Positions 26,201-35,913 of a stretch of 47,565 nucleotides of DNA are shown one piece after another. Under the pieces are notes generated by a model. It was not told where the DNA came from. It saw nothing but the letters and a program-made list of their open reading frames with translations, and ran no database searches. This stretch comes from a virus. Lineage: Duplodnaviria; Caudoviricetes. Location: positions 1 to 47,565 of the IMG/VR virus record IMGVR_UViG_3300043220_000046; one strand, written 5' to 3'. Both the position numbers and the translations under genes were made by a program. Position 1 is the stretch's first letter. Every line of letters begins with the position of its first letter.

Positions 26201-27074
26201 TATGCTTCTGGTGTGGGACACTCAGCTTCGCAACGTCACGCTCTTGGAGTTCTGCCAAGAGTTCCTCTCAATCGAAGTAGCCAAGGACTCGGACGGGAAC
26301 GAGCGCGTCTACCTGGGCGACACCAACGGGTTCGTCTGGATCTGGGACGTGGGCGACACGGATGGCGTGGGGTTCCCGAACGCTACTGGCACCGTTCGCG
26401 GAACCGTCACCGAGGCCGGCGTTGATTCGCTGACCGGGGCGAGCTTCCTCGAGGACAGCGCCGCTTCATTCGTGACCGGGGGTGTGCCCGGGATCGCCGA
26501 TCTGTCGGGACTGGCAGGGACGTCTGGGCTCACCGGGCAGTCGAATATGGGCCTTGCTGGGACCTGCGTCTTCTGGCGTCCCGCTGATGCCCCTTTAGGC
26601 ACCCCCTGGCAGTCCCGTTTTATCTATCTCTCGACGCCGACCAAGCTGTTCGTGACGCCCAACTGGGGACCCGACACGCCGAACTTCGGAGAGGACGGCG
26701 ACGAATACATGCTCGGCCCGATCAACTTCGTGGCCGAGTTCAAGCCGAGCAACTACGGAACCGATGACTTCACGAAGAGAGACTGGCGGCAAATCCTCGT
26801 GCACGAGCCCGAAGCAGTTTCGACAGATCTCCGCACGGAGCTCCTTCGCGACTTCCAAAACTCGGATGTCGACGAAGATACTGTCACGGATTCAAGCGGC
26901 GAGACCGGGCAGGGTCGTAACTACGATCTTGGCTTCGGTAAGGGTCGGCAGATCCGACCAGTGGGACGTCTGGTTCACGACTTCATGGGTGTCCGCCTGA
27001 GCAACTTCGCGCCTGACGAGCCACTCACGATCCTCAATCACCTGTTGCTGATGCTGCCGAGGACCAGCCGATGA
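23280..27074 (+). CDS. Tail nozzle / stabilisation-like protein with large N-terminal addition (1264 aa)
   Basis: YKYRYT..ES, IYRT, FRNRLF, PNRLYISEP, IGCVAPRS and WLSDRG..YDG beta-propeller motifs. Confidence 0.75.
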   Translation: MAGLRYPGTVLANGWLNIGGATGGWSPFVLTDNWLTSSLEHHRLYLAPSRYSSVRKVIFSLTFQHIQTGGTLADTFSMRVAPSSTSTQNRDTIESNAIAQDSRPVVSGVGQIWSVNEPLRDAAFYALNGSENQLAPRQVANEPPITTDAQTLVVEFDRFSAGSADFFADWDAIVDLASDDRYIAYALGIQRDSLSAFTGGLGDTTRHPTIIGCQVTVVQAPALENNTCTYVPMTNGLHPDENFNVPGTIQKMVPFTFRAADWDGIESINWVMRQTPRSGANSVGFYQVHLQEIANNESKPGTLIDTHQVSPSATNISTFMRSDDIKAFFGDGKTYTASFTSNTGSGQQDLPWGWLEIIQKNCTKKVTIHPVGMGNVAGVTTFVPSAPSSIGDFRFASDQSLFDPDWYENMPISFFLGQRFFGGIDHIADSDTDQMFVLNNDLGADIPNSAFNLVGDEVSSTPDADPGVRLRNRPITSGRVNPLLVGVRSVLKMRYNRDSWDALEVSGLSGVAYTFTIPNKEFLELGPIFEIGKFDPEGCTSTAAGLGDSPGMLFLTNGSSIPKKFNPTSGIVDNAGMPTPFRDQEPSVTTDSVALSPDGGLTPGVYKYRYTLRNCCTGKESDPNPVDIEADANGETPAAEVTLNFSGVVIPADSQICEICIYRTIIDGDFPVMAKVGCFDPDDTSTFVDILSDSLLDFVNDSLSILNAPMPCVSVVAQFRNRLFGLGDIPQLDPPGTVSVTLDSDILEGDSETEFDRCVIGKFIQIEGDCTSYEVVELLAPIESTPLAGVRLKLDRPYEGITDEGLNYITCGHPNRLYISEPLEGECWPGINFLDIDPGDGDRLMGAITNFNRLVVCKRNKTYVVAFREQPILEIVVPTLISSDIGCVAPRSVAQVASGSVWLSDRGLALYDGRGVGAVPESAVMNDLFVNPENPNYLRRDSNGRVLGAAGVFYPRREQYLLLLPTVKTTRGASMLLVWDTQLRNVTLLEFCQEFLSIEVAKDSDGNERVYLGDTNGFVWIWDVGDTDGVGFPNATGTVRGTVTEAGVDSLTGASFLEDSAASFVTGGVPGIADLSGLAGTSGLTGQSNMGLAGTCVFWRPADAPLGTPWQSRFIYLSTPTKLFVTPNWGPDTPNFGEDGDEYMLGPINFVAEFKPSNYGTDDFTKRDWRQILVHEPEAVSTDLRTELLRDFQNSDVDEDTVTDSSGETGQGRNYDLGFGKGRQIRPVGRLVHDFMGVRLSNFAPDEPLTILNHLLLMLPRTSR

Positions 27075-27613
27075 GTAGCTTCGAGATCTGCACCTTCGAG
27101 GACTACGTCGCCGAGGTGACGGCGCAGCCAGGCTCCCTCGAGGAAGCGGCTTCCACTCAGGAGATCCTCTCGCAGCAGATCGAGGGCTACCTCTCGAGGA
27201 TGCGCCAGGCGATGTGCAACGACGTGCAGAACCTCGAGGCTCAGATCATCGCCGGCGGTGGCGGGGGCGGTGCGGCGCTCCCTGACGTCCCGGCCGACAC
27301 CGAGGTAGCCAGCGGCCGGAAGCTCCTGGGCTCGGATTCGTTCTTCAAGATCATCACCCTGGGGGCTATGCCGAACGCCACGACCAAGACGGTCGCGCAC
27401 GGCATTGGTGCACCCTTCACCCTGATTACTCAGTTCGGATCGACGCAGAACCCGACGACCGACGACCAGCGGCCCCTGCCGTTCGTGTCTCACTCGAACG
27501 TGACCAACCAGATCCTGATCATCGTGGACGCGACGAACGTGATCATCATCAACCAGTGGAACGCCTCAGCCTGGACGAACAGCTGGCTCTCCGTCGAATA
27601 CATCAAGGTCTGA
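27071..27613 (+). CDS. Short tail fibre/needle-like protein
   Basis: Coiled coil, Gly linker, then GAMPNATTKTVAHGI...VDATNV...VEYIK domain seen at phage tail-protein C-termini. Confidence 0.65.
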   Translation: MSSFEICTFEDYVAEVTAQPGSLEEAASTQEILSQQIEGYLSRMRQAMCNDVQNLEAQIIAGGGGGGAALPDVPADTEVASGRKLLGSDSFFKIITLGAMPNATTKTVAHGIGAPFTLITQFGSTQNPTTDDQRPLPFVSHSNVTNQILIIVDATNVIIINQWNASAWTNSWLSVEYIKV

Positions 27614-27616
27614 CCC

Positions 27617-28495
27617 ATGACTTCACTCGATAGCATCCAAGGTATTGCCGAGCAGCCAGGCCAGCAGCAGCAGCAGATGCCGCTCCAGCCAGGCCAATCG
27701 CCTTCCCAGACGAACGTCCCCGGCCTTCCTCCGACGGCCCTGTCGATGCAGTCGGCCTCGCTCAACGAGCAATACCAGCAGCAACAGCAGCAGGCCCAGG
27801 CCGGCGGCATGCAGGCGATGGGCGCCGGGCTACAGACTGGCGGCGGCCTCATGCTCGAGGGACACAAGCCAGCACCGACCGGCGAAGACCGGGGCTACGG
27901 CGTCTCGAGCTTGCAGGACATGGCCGAGAAGCTCGCCCGGGGCTACGGCCTCGAGTTCGGCCGCGGCAGCCTGGTCGACGCCGAAGGGAACTTCATGCAG
28001 ACCCCCGAGCAGCTGGCAGCGAGCCAGGCCGGCGGGGGCGACATGGCGGGGGTCGCGGCGAACATGAACTACATTGCCCAGGCGATCAACGATCGTCAGG
28101 TGCAGATGCAGCAGGACAAGGCGACGGCCGCCCTGCAGGCTGGCATGGGTCAGGTTCAAAGCCGCGGCCGCGGCAGCCTGGCCGCGATGCAGTCCGGCTT
28201 CTATCAGGCGATGGCGGCGAACTACACCGACCCGAACCTGCTTCCCGAGCAGGCCGACTTCTCGTTCTGGATCCAGAAGGCCGGGTTCGACGAGGCAGCT
28301 TCGAAGCTGGGTGACGAAGCGGCCGGAACCAAGATGCAGACGAAGCCGACCACCGGCGACGAGCAGAAATCCACTACGACAAGTCCGACAGGAAAGGGCG
28401 ACCCTGTCACAACTGGGCCGCATGCTGGGCAGCGACCCGTCTACACCTATGACCCAGTCAGTAAGACGACGACCGTCTCCTGGGAGGACGTATAG
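27617..28495 (+). CDS. Putative internal virion / DNA ejection protein
   Basis: Q/A/G/M-rich helical protein in the position of podoviral ejection genes. Confidence 0.6.
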   Translation: MTSLDSIQGIAEQPGQQQQQMPLQPGQSPSQTNVPGLPPTALSMQSASLNEQYQQQQQQAQAGGMQAMGAGLQTGGGLMLEGHKPAPTGEDRGYGVSSLQDMAEKLARGYGLEFGRGSLVDAEGNFMQTPEQLAASQAGGGDMAGVAANMNYIAQAINDRQVQMQQDKATAALQAGMGQVQSRGRGSLAAMQSGFYQAMAANYTDPNLLPEQADFSFWIQKAGFDEAASKLGDEAAGTKMQTKPTTGDEQKSTTTSPTGKGDPVTTGPHAGQRPVYTYDPVSKTTTVSWEDV

Positions 28496-28497
28496 CC

Positions 28498-29967
28498 ATG
28501 GCACGCACCGACAAGTTGGAACAATCCCGGATCATGCTTCAAGCCGGGCAGTCCGGCCAAAGCGCAAAGCAGCGAGCTCAAGAGAGCGCCGTAGCCGAGC
28601 GGCAGGGCGAGCGCCGCATGGACATCTCGGAAGAGCAGTCCAACCTCAACCGCCAGCAGCGGCAGTGGGAGCAGACGCGGAGCGATCGCGCCCGGCGTGA
28701 GCAGGACCTGGCGCGACGTCAGGCGGGGAAGCCTCGCACCACGAACTTCGGTGGCGAGGGCTACGATCCCAACGCGCAGCAGCAACCCGACGCGAAGCTC
28801 GAGGAGTCGAAGCGGCAGTTCGACGTCTCGCACACCGAGAGGCAACGGCAGTTCGACGTATCGACCGATCTCGCGGCCGCGAAGAGTGGCCTGCAGCAGG
28901 GAGGGACTCCTGGAGCCGAAGCGCCGTTCGATCCTCGGCCTGGCTTGGCCGAGGGCGAGCAAGGACCTGTAGATCCGCGTCTACTGCAGCTGCAGAGGGA
29001 CATGGCTCGTGGTCGAGAGCAGATGAATGCTGGCCTCGAATCCCGCGGCCGCCGAGGCTTCGTCGCTACGCCGGAAGCTGAGGCGGCAGGGCGGCAGGAG
29101 GCCGGTATGAGTGAGCGTGCCATGCAGGTGAAGGAGCTTGAAGCCGCGGCGAAGTGGCAGAGCGCCGTCACCTCTCATGGAAGGCTGTTAGCTCAGGAGA
29201 ATGCTGCGAAGAGCGGCGAGACTCGAGCGACGATCAGGGCCAAGCGCCTCAAGGTCGAGGAGAGCCTCATGCAGCCGATCAAGAGCTCGTCGGCGAAGCT
29301 CGATCGGATGATGAAGGGTGAGGGCACCGAGGCAGACTGGCAATCTATCGAGTCGATGCTGAGCAAGGTCCCGCCTGTCGGGAACGCCAGGGCGAGTCAT
29401 GAGGAGCTCGCTGCCCGCGAGTTCGGCCCTGCGCTTGTCCGCTTCATCGGTGAGAAGGTTGCAGCCAACGCCGTCCAATACATCTACGCCACGGGCAAGC
29501 TGCCCGACGGCGGCCTGGTCGACTTCAGTTCGGCCGGGATGCAGGAATTCAGCCAACGAGCGATCGAAGCAAGGCAGCAATTGCTGCCGAACACAGTTGC
29601 CGGTCAACTTCTCACCGACGAAGAAGTCGGCCAGGTCAAGCGGGGCTGGGCTGACCACCTCTTGATGGTGCATAAGCTGGCAGCCCTTCTCGTTATGAAG
29701 AAGCAGAAGGCTGGTGGAGTCATGCCATCAGCGGCGATGTCCGCACAGCAGGAGCCAACCCATGAGCAGCGTCGAGTCGATCCCTCCAAGCCCACTACCT
29801 TCGCCGAGGAATACGGACAGATCACTCCCGAGGAGGCAGGGCGACGAGCAGAGGAGGCCGGAGGAACAGCAGCCCCAAAGACCGGACTCGCTCCAATCAC
29901 AGACCCCAACCCCGAGTATCCAAGCAGGGGAAGCGTCTCAGGTCGAAAGCCCAGCCAATACCGATAG
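28498..29967 (+). CDS. Putative internal virion / DNA ejection protein
   Basis: Charged coiled coil with duplicated RQFDVS motif; position. Confidence 0.6.
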   Translation: MARTDKLEQSRIMLQAGQSGQSAKQRAQESAVAERQGERRMDISEEQSNLNRQQRQWEQTRSDRARREQDLARRQAGKPRTTNFGGEGYDPNAQQQPDAKLEESKRQFDVSHTERQRQFDVSTDLAAAKSGLQQGGTPGAEAPFDPRPGLAEGEQGPVDPRLLQLQRDMARGREQMNAGLESRGRRGFVATPEAEAAGRQEAGMSERAMQVKELEAAAKWQSAVTSHGRLLAQENAAKSGETRATIRAKRLKVEESLMQPIKSSSAKLDRMMKGEGTEADWQSIESMLSKVPPVGNARASHEELAAREFGPALVRFIGEKVAANAVQYIYATGKLPDGGLVDFSSAGMQEFSQRAIEARQQLLPNTVAGQLLTDEEVGQVKRGWADHLLMVHKLAALLVMKKQKAGGVMPSAAMSAQQEPTHEQRRVDPSKPTTFAEEYGQITPEEAGRRAEEAGGTAAPKTGLAPITDPNPEYPSRGSVSGRKPSQYR

Positions 29968-32900
29968 GTCGGCGGATCTCTACAGCCTGCAGCTGGACGC
30001 CCTGGCGTCCGGTGACGACAGCCTGGCGTCCTACCTCAAGCAGATCCAGGTCGACCAGGCTGTCCTCGACCAGGGTCTCCTGCAGGCTCAAGGTGCCCCC
30101 GCCTCGTCCCCGACGGCGACGAGCCTGGGTGGCGATCCGGACATCGAGATCCACCGGCAGCTTTATGCCTACATGCAGCGCGAGAGCGCGATGGACGGCA
30201 TCCTGGAGCAGCACAACATCGGGGAACTCGGGACTTACCTCGGCACGGTGCTCGAGCGATACAAGGCGCACAACGAAGAGTCGCTCGAGCAGAACTCGGA
30301 CCAGATGAGCGACGAGCAGCGCATCAACTACATGCGCCAGTTAGAGCCGGTCGTCGTCGACCCGAACGAGATTGCGGAGCTCCGACAGCGCCTGGTGGAG
30401 ATCGACATGGCGATGAAGCAGGTCGATCCTCGAGCATCGGTCTACTCACACCCGAAGACGAAGAGGGTTGCCAACTGGCTGGCACGCGAGTCCGGCCCCT
30501 TCACGCCTGGATTCCTCAAGTCCGGTGAGCAGAAGATGGAAGGGTTGACCACCGGCCTGGGTGAGACGATGGCTCTGGCTGAGGGCGTCACCGGATTCGG
30601 CCTCAACATGCTCGCCGGCGCCGCGGACCTGACCGCCAACGCGATCAAGGGAATCATGGGCGAGGAGTATGGGCTGCCCTTCGCCGTCGCGACGAACTAC
30701 GTCGAGGACGAGAACGGTCGACTGGTCAACAACGGCGGCAAGGTGCCCGGGATCGTATCGATCATGGCGGCCGTCAATGCGCAGATCCTCGGCCAGAACG
30801 TGCTCGAGTATGTGAACCGCGTCGGCGCCGCTCGTGAGTTCGAGAGGCTGAACGAGTCCGGGTTCGACTACCTATCACGCGGTGCCGCCGGCATCGCTGG
30901 GATTGCTGCTGGCTTTGGCCCCATTGCGGGTGGCGCCATGGGGGCAGGCAAGGCTCTCGCGGTTGGTGGTCGCATCGGTGGCGGCACGGCCTCGATCGGC
31001 AAGCTCGGCTTCACGATGCCGAGTGTCACCGTGGGTGGTCTGGCGACGAAAGGCCTGATGCGCATGGCCGCCAGCGGTGCGTCCCCGCGCGTGATCAAGC
31101 TGACCAAGATCCTGGCGGGGACCGGCGGCGCCATGGTTGCCAACGGCCTGGCCGAGGGTCTGGCGTTCGGCCGGACCGAGGGCTACGGCCACGCCTTCGT
31201 CGGCGGGATGGCGATGGCGCCAGTCCTCATGGCGTTCGGCGCGATGGGTCGGAGCTCCGAGCGATTCTTGACCACCCGCGCGAAGATGCCGCAGCGCGTC
31301 GCTCAGTCGCTGTCCGGCGCCCTCGAGGGGGCTGGGTTCGGCGCCCTTGAGGCGCACCAGACCGGCGCCCTGTGGATGCTGATGAAGGACCCGACCCGGA
31401 GCAACTGGGAGATCTTCGCCAAGAACATGCTCGGCTTCGCTCTCTTCAAAGGCATGGCTGGGCGCTCGGTCGTGGAAGCCCCGACGTTCGGCGAGGCGCA
31501 AGGGCGCCAGACCTACCGGCAAGGTGCCCGCGAGGCCCTCGGGGAGGAGGTAGCGAGGGCGGATGTGGTGGGGGTGCGCGAGACGATCGGGGGTGTGCGT
31601 GAGACGATTGAGGGTCGTGAGCCCACCGTCCCCGAAGGCGAGCGCGGCGCTGAGCAGATCAAGGGCGTTCTGCCGGGTCCAGAAGCACAGATGAAGCAGG
31701 CGGCCCGCGGCGAACTCGTCGAGGGCGAGATCGTGCGCACCGAGGACGTCATGGCCGAGCGCACCAAGAAGGCCGAGGCTCAGGGTCGCGATCCCCTCGA
31801 GGACCCCGACTTCATGAAGCGGCCGGAGGCTGAGCGGCGGGCGATCACCGAGGCAGGTGCCGCCAGGGAGCGGCGCATCGCCGCCGAGGAGTTCGAAGGA
31901 CCTGAGCGTCGGCGCGCTGAGGGTGGAAGAGAACGGCCCGCCGAGGCCGAGCGTCTTCCACCCACCCCTGAAGGTGAGGCTCCGGCTCGACTTACCGCCG
32001 AGGAGATCCGGACTGAAACGGCCAGGCTTCGCGCGGAGGGTCCCACCCCCGAGAATCGGGCTCGGTTGATCGAGCTCCTCAACGCGGAGAAGGGTCGGAT
32101 CACCGAGGGCGTCGGCGAGGCCTACCGCCGGATCGGCAAGATGATCCCGCAGCCGCACAAGCAGGAGCTCCGCATCCCGCGTGCCGTCAAGGAGACGCCG
32201 GCGGAGGTGGGACGACGGGAGGACCTCGAGGCTCGTGTTCGGGAGAGCGGAATGCCCAGGGATCTTTTATCTGCCTTAGGCAGATTATCCCGTGCCCGCA
32301 AAGCCGCCAGATCGCCCGCTGAGGAAGCCAAGCTCTGGAAGGAGCAACGAGAGCTTGAGAAGGAGTTGGACGCCCTGGAGATGTCACAGGACCCCCTGAT
32401 GAACGCCAAGATGCGGGAGGCCCTGGCCGAGCTCGAGGTGGAGGAGCTCGACGTGCCGGTTGACCCGGAGTTCGGCGAGCGGGCGGGTCCGGAGTCCATG
32501 CGGGCGCCAGCGAGTCCCTTCCGTCAGCAGGAGAGCCTCCTCCGGCCTGGTGAGGAGCCTGTGCGGGCCTCCGACATCATTGAAGTCCTCAAGGGGCGCC
32601 CAGGCTTCCCGGGGATCCGGATGCCGTTCACCGGCCGCCGGCGCCTCTCGATCCCGGGGTCGGCGGTGCAGATCGCGATCCGCTCAGGGCGCATCTCAGG
32701 GAAGGGGACCGCGGGCGTGTTCAAGATCTTCGAGAACTTGACGCGGACCAAGGAAGGCATGGACCTGGTCGTCTCGCTGCACGAGTGGGCGCACGGCATG
32801 CAGCGCCAGGTCCTGGTCGGTGAGGGTGGGGAGAAGTTCTCAAGAGGTGTGAAGAAGTGGTTCAAAAGTCTCCCCGAAGACGCTCAGAACGACATGGGGA

Positions 32901-35900
32901 CAATCCTCCGTAACTACCCAGGGTGGCAGAAGCTACCGATCTGGGGCGTGGCGGCCGAGGCTTGGGCGGAGTGGCATGCGCGGAAGCTCCTGGGCGACCC
33001 CACCCTCGAGGCGGAGGTGCCGGCGCTCTCGCGCGAGCTCAACGCCTGGCTCGCCCGGACCCCGGAGCTCCGCACCCAATACGGCGAGCTCACGCAGCTG
33101 ATCGACACCTACAAGCGGCAGGGCGCCGAGTTCCGCGTCGACCAAAGCATCCGGCGAGGCAAGACGCGGAAGCAAGGCACCGTCGCCGAGCAGATCATCG
33201 GCGCCGGCGAGAAGGCATGGGACGCGGTCGTGAAGGGCTTCTTCGACGACATGCACCTGCTGAAGAAGAGCCAGCGCAAGTGGCTCGAGCTCTCCAGCAT
33301 CGACGAGGCCAGGCTGTCGATCATGAACAACCCCTCGAGAGTGTTCGACCTCCTGGCGATGACGGCCTCGAAGCAGGCTGAATCCTTCATCCACCGCGGC
33401 ACCCACAACCTCGCGCTCGAGCGGACCGGCGAGTCCCTCGAGAACATCTTTCACGACGTCGCCCGCTCCCCCGCCGGCGAACCACTCAAGGGGAAGGAGC
33501 GAGCGAGTTCGATCCGCGACTTCGTCAACTACCTGGTGTCGACCAGGTCCCTCGAGCTCATTGGTCACGGCAAGAAGCAGACGCTCCCCAAGTCGGACTA
33601 CCTCTACGCGAAACAGGCGCTTCTCAATCGACACCCAGAGTTCGCCGGCCTGGCTAAGCGCATGAAGGTCTGGTCGGACGCGCTGCTCGACCTGGTAGCT
33701 GAAGCAGGCAACGTCCCCCAAGCGGACATCCAGCGGATGAAGGACTACTCGACGGTCTACATCCCGTTCGTGCGCGCCCTCGAGGGAGCCGTCAAGGGTC
33801 GACCTGGTCGCGGTGTCGCCGAGAGAGGCGGTGGTATCAAGGGCATGAAGGGTGGCACCCAGGAGATCCTCGACCCGATGCGAGCGATGATGGAGGTGAC
33901 GACCACCATGATCGCCAAGGCGCACCAGCAGATGGTGATGAAGAGCCTTTACAAGACGACTCTCGTTGCCGACGTGGGCGGCCTGGCGACAGTCGTTCCA
34001 AAGAGCAATGTCCCGTCAAAGTTCCGGCTCGACCAGGTCTTCCGGCAGATGGAGCAGGCCGTGATGAAGCGGCTGCAGAAGGAGGGCCTCGAGGGCGAGG
34101 AGCTCGAAGGCTGGGACGAAGCCTTCGGCATGTTCGGCGAGCTCCTCGGCGAGGCTCAGATCTCCGATCAGCTGATCACGCTGTTCGGGCAGAAGGTCCT
34201 GCCGTTCGGCGAGGGCGCCAACATCATTGCCTACACCCCGCGCTTGACCGAGGCCGAGATCTCTGAGCTTCCGAAGCACGGCCAGGTCGTCGCTCGCCGG
34301 CAGAACGAAGAGATGCAGTGGCTCGAGGTCGACGCCGACGCCTACACCGCGCTCCTAGGCCTCGATCAGCCGGTCGGTCCGACTTTCCTTGACAACCCGA
34401 TCATGCAGGTGGTCTTCGTCAAGCCATGGAGGATGACCCGCTTCTTCGCGACGGAAGCTAACCCAGCATTCGTGGTGGCCAACTCGATCCGTGACACCAT
34501 GAGCGCGACGGTGTTCAGCCAGGAAGGCGAGATCAAATACAACCCGCTCGCCGGCCTGCAGAAGTTCACCGCCGGCGCTGCCCTGATGCTCGGCGGAAAG
34601 AACCAGCGGGTGGTCGATATGTATGAGGCGTCAGGCGCCTCAAGCGCGTCCCTCCACAGCGAGGGCGTCCGCCGTGAGATGCGAGGTGAAGCCACGACTA
34701 TGCTCGAGCGGTCGCGAGAAACCATCTCCAAGGCCATCGACAAGTGGCGTGGCTGGATGGGTAAGCCCGAGTCGTTCATTCGCATCGAGGAGTTCCGCCT
34801 GGTGCACGAGCGAGCGATCGCCGCGGGTAAAAGCCCGGTCGAGGCTGGGATGGAAGCCCTTGAGGCAGCGAAGGAGATCACGGTCAACTTCGCCCGCGCC
34901 GGCGGCATCGCCAGGTCGATCAATCAATACACCCCCTACTTCACAGCGAGCTTCGCCGGCCAGCGCAAGATGCTGCGGTCGATCGCCGGCATGGAAGGCC
35001 GCAACGATGGCGAGCGCGCCAGGATGCAACAGGCGGCGTTCGTCAATGGCCTGGTGTCGATCACCATGCCGACGCTCGCAGTCTGGGCACTCACCCACGA
35101 CGAGGACTGGTATCGCGACCTGCCCGAGTGGCGGAAGACGCACTTCATCAACATGAAGCTCCCAGGCTTCGACACGATCGTCTCAGTGCCGCTGCCGTTC
35201 GAGCTCGGCGTCATCTTCGGTTCGATGCCGGCGATCATGCTGGATCACATCACCGATTCGAATCCAGCCTCTCTCGGTCCAGCGCTGTGGGGAGCCATGT
35301 TCCCCTACCTCAGCGGCGTCAGCAGCCTCCTCCCCGCCGGCGCGAGGCCGATCCTCGAGGCGGTGACTGGCTACGACTTCTTCACGCAGAAGAAGCAGAC
35401 TCCGTTCTGGACAGAGAAGGGCCGGTTGCCAGCGGAGCAGATGCGTGCGGATACCACGGTCGTCGCCCAGGAGATGTTCAAGGCTGTTGGACACCTGATC
35501 CCGGGCATCGACAACCCGATCGAACTACAGCACGCGATCGGCGGCTACACGGCCGGCGCGAGCATCACCCTCATGAAGTCTCTTGACGAGCTCTTCGACC
35601 TCAAGGGTCACCCTGGAATCGCGCCAGGTGTGCTGGCTCCGTTCTCGAGCTTCCTGAATCGCTTCGCGCGACAGACACCGCATAGATCAAGCCGAGCAGT
35701 GGACGAGTTCTACGAACGATCCACCGAGCTCGAGCAAATGGGGCCAGCACGCAGTCAGAGGGAGAACCGACTGCTGAAGGCCATGAACCGTGATCGAAAG
35801 GCCATCTCTGCAATCCGCAAGCAGGTGGACCGTGGCTCGATCACACCGACAGAAGGGGATCGTCGGATTTACGAAATGGCGCGAAGGAGCCTTGAACGAT

Positions 35901-35908
35901 CGAACTGA
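29762..35908 (+). CDS. Large polyvalent / internal virion protein with HExxH motif and C-terminal LPD38-like domain (~2050 aa)
   Basis: AGGAG before ATG 29762; HEWAH; ITVNFARAG; WYRDLPEWRK..F....PLPFELG. Confidence 0.8.
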   Translation: MSSVESIPPSPLPSPRNTDRSLPRRQGDEQRRPEEQQPQRPDSLQSQTPTPSIQAGEASQVESPANTDRSADLYSLQLDALASGDDSLASYLKQIQVDQAVLDQGLLQAQGAPASSPTATSLGGDPDIEIHRQLYAYMQRESAMDGILEQHNIGELGTYLGTVLERYKAHNEESLEQNSDQMSDEQRINYMRQLEPVVVDPNEIAELRQRLVEIDMAMKQVDPRASVYSHPKTKRVANWLARESGPFTPGFLKSGEQKMEGLTTGLGETMALAEGVTGFGLNMLAGAADLTANAIKGIMGEEYGLPFAVATNYVEDENGRLVNNGGKVPGIVSIMAAVNAQILGQNVLEYVNRVGAAREFERLNESGFDYLSRGAAGIAGIAAGFGPIAGGAMGAGKALAVGGRIGGGTASIGKLGFTMPSVTVGGLATKGLMRMAASGASPRVIKLTKILAGTGGAMVANGLAEGLAFGRTEGYGHAFVGGMAMAPVLMAFGAMGRSSERFLTTRAKMPQRVAQSLSGALEGAGFGALEAHQTGALWMLMKDPTRSNWEIFAKNMLGFALFKGMAGRSVVEAPTFGEAQGRQTYRQGAREALGEEVARADVVGVRETIGGVRETIEGREPTVPEGERGAEQIKGVLPGPEAQMKQAARGELVEGEIVRTEDVMAERTKKAEAQGRDPLEDPDFMKRPEAERRAITEAGAARERRIAAEEFEGPERRRAEGGRERPAEAERLPPTPEGEAPARLTAEEIRTETARLRAEGPTPENRARLIELLNAEKGRITEGVGEAYRRIGKMIPQPHKQELRIPRAVKETPAEVGRREDLEARVRESGMPRDLLSALGRLSRARKAARSPAEEAKLWKEQRELEKELDALEMSQDPLMNAKMREALAELEVEELDVPVDPEFGERAGPESMRAPASPFRQQESLLRPGEEPVRASDIIEVLKGRPGFPGIRMPFTGRRRLSIPGSAVQIAIRSGRISGKGTAGVFKIFENLTRTKEGMDLVVSLHEWAHGMQRQVLVGEGGEKFSRGVKKWFKSLPEDAQNDMGTILRNYPGWQKLPIWGVAAEAWAEWHARKLLGDPTLEAEVPALSRELNAWLARTPELRTQYGELTQLIDTYKRQGAEFRVDQSIRRGKTRKQGTVAEQIIGAGEKAWDAVVKGFFDDMHLLKKSQRKWLELSSIDEARLSIMNNPSRVFDLLAMTASKQAESFIHRGTHNLALERTGESLENIFHDVARSPAGEPLKGKERASSIRDFVNYLVSTRSLELIGHGKKQTLPKSDYLYAKQALLNRHPEFAGLAKRMKVWSDALLDLVAEAGNVPQADIQRMKDYSTVYIPFVRALEGAVKGRPGRGVAERGGGIKGMKGGTQEILDPMRAMMEVTTTMIAKAHQQMVMKSLYKTTLVADVGGLATVVPKSNVPSKFRLDQVFRQMEQAVMKRLQKEGLEGEELEGWDEAFGMFGELLGEAQISDQLITLFGQKVLPFGEGANIIAYTPRLTEAEISELPKHGQVVARRQNEEMQWLEVDADAYTALLGLDQPVGPTFLDNPIMQVVFVKPWRMTRFFATEANPAFVVANSIRDTMSATVFSQEGEIKYNPLAGLQKFTAGAALMLGGKNQRVVDMYEASGASSASLHSEGVRREMRGEATTMLERSRETISKAIDKWRGWMGKPESFIRIEEFRLVHERAIAAGKSPVEAGMEALEAAKEITVNFARAGGIARSINQYTPYFTASFAGQRKMLRSIAGMEGRNDGERARMQQAAFVNGLVSITMPTLAVWALTHDEDWYRDLPEWRKTHFINMKLPGFDTIVSVPLPFELGVIFGSMPAIMLDHITDSNPASLGPALWGAMFPYLSGVSSLLPAGARPILEAVTGYDFFTQKKQTPFWTEKGRLPAEQMRADTTVVAQEMFKAVGHLIPGIDNPIELQHAIGGYTAGASITLMKSLDELFDLKGHPGIAPGVLAPFSSFLNRFARQTPHRSSRAVDEFYERSTELEQMGPARSQRENRLLKAMNRDRKAISAIRKQVDRGSITPTEGDRRIYEMARRSLERSN

Positions 35909-35913
35909 GAAAA

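Noticed and set aside
27611-27619. TGA-CCC-ATG in-frame junction suggesting a readthrough fusion
   Set aside because: Upstream domain ends naturally at VEYIKV; no recoding signal seen
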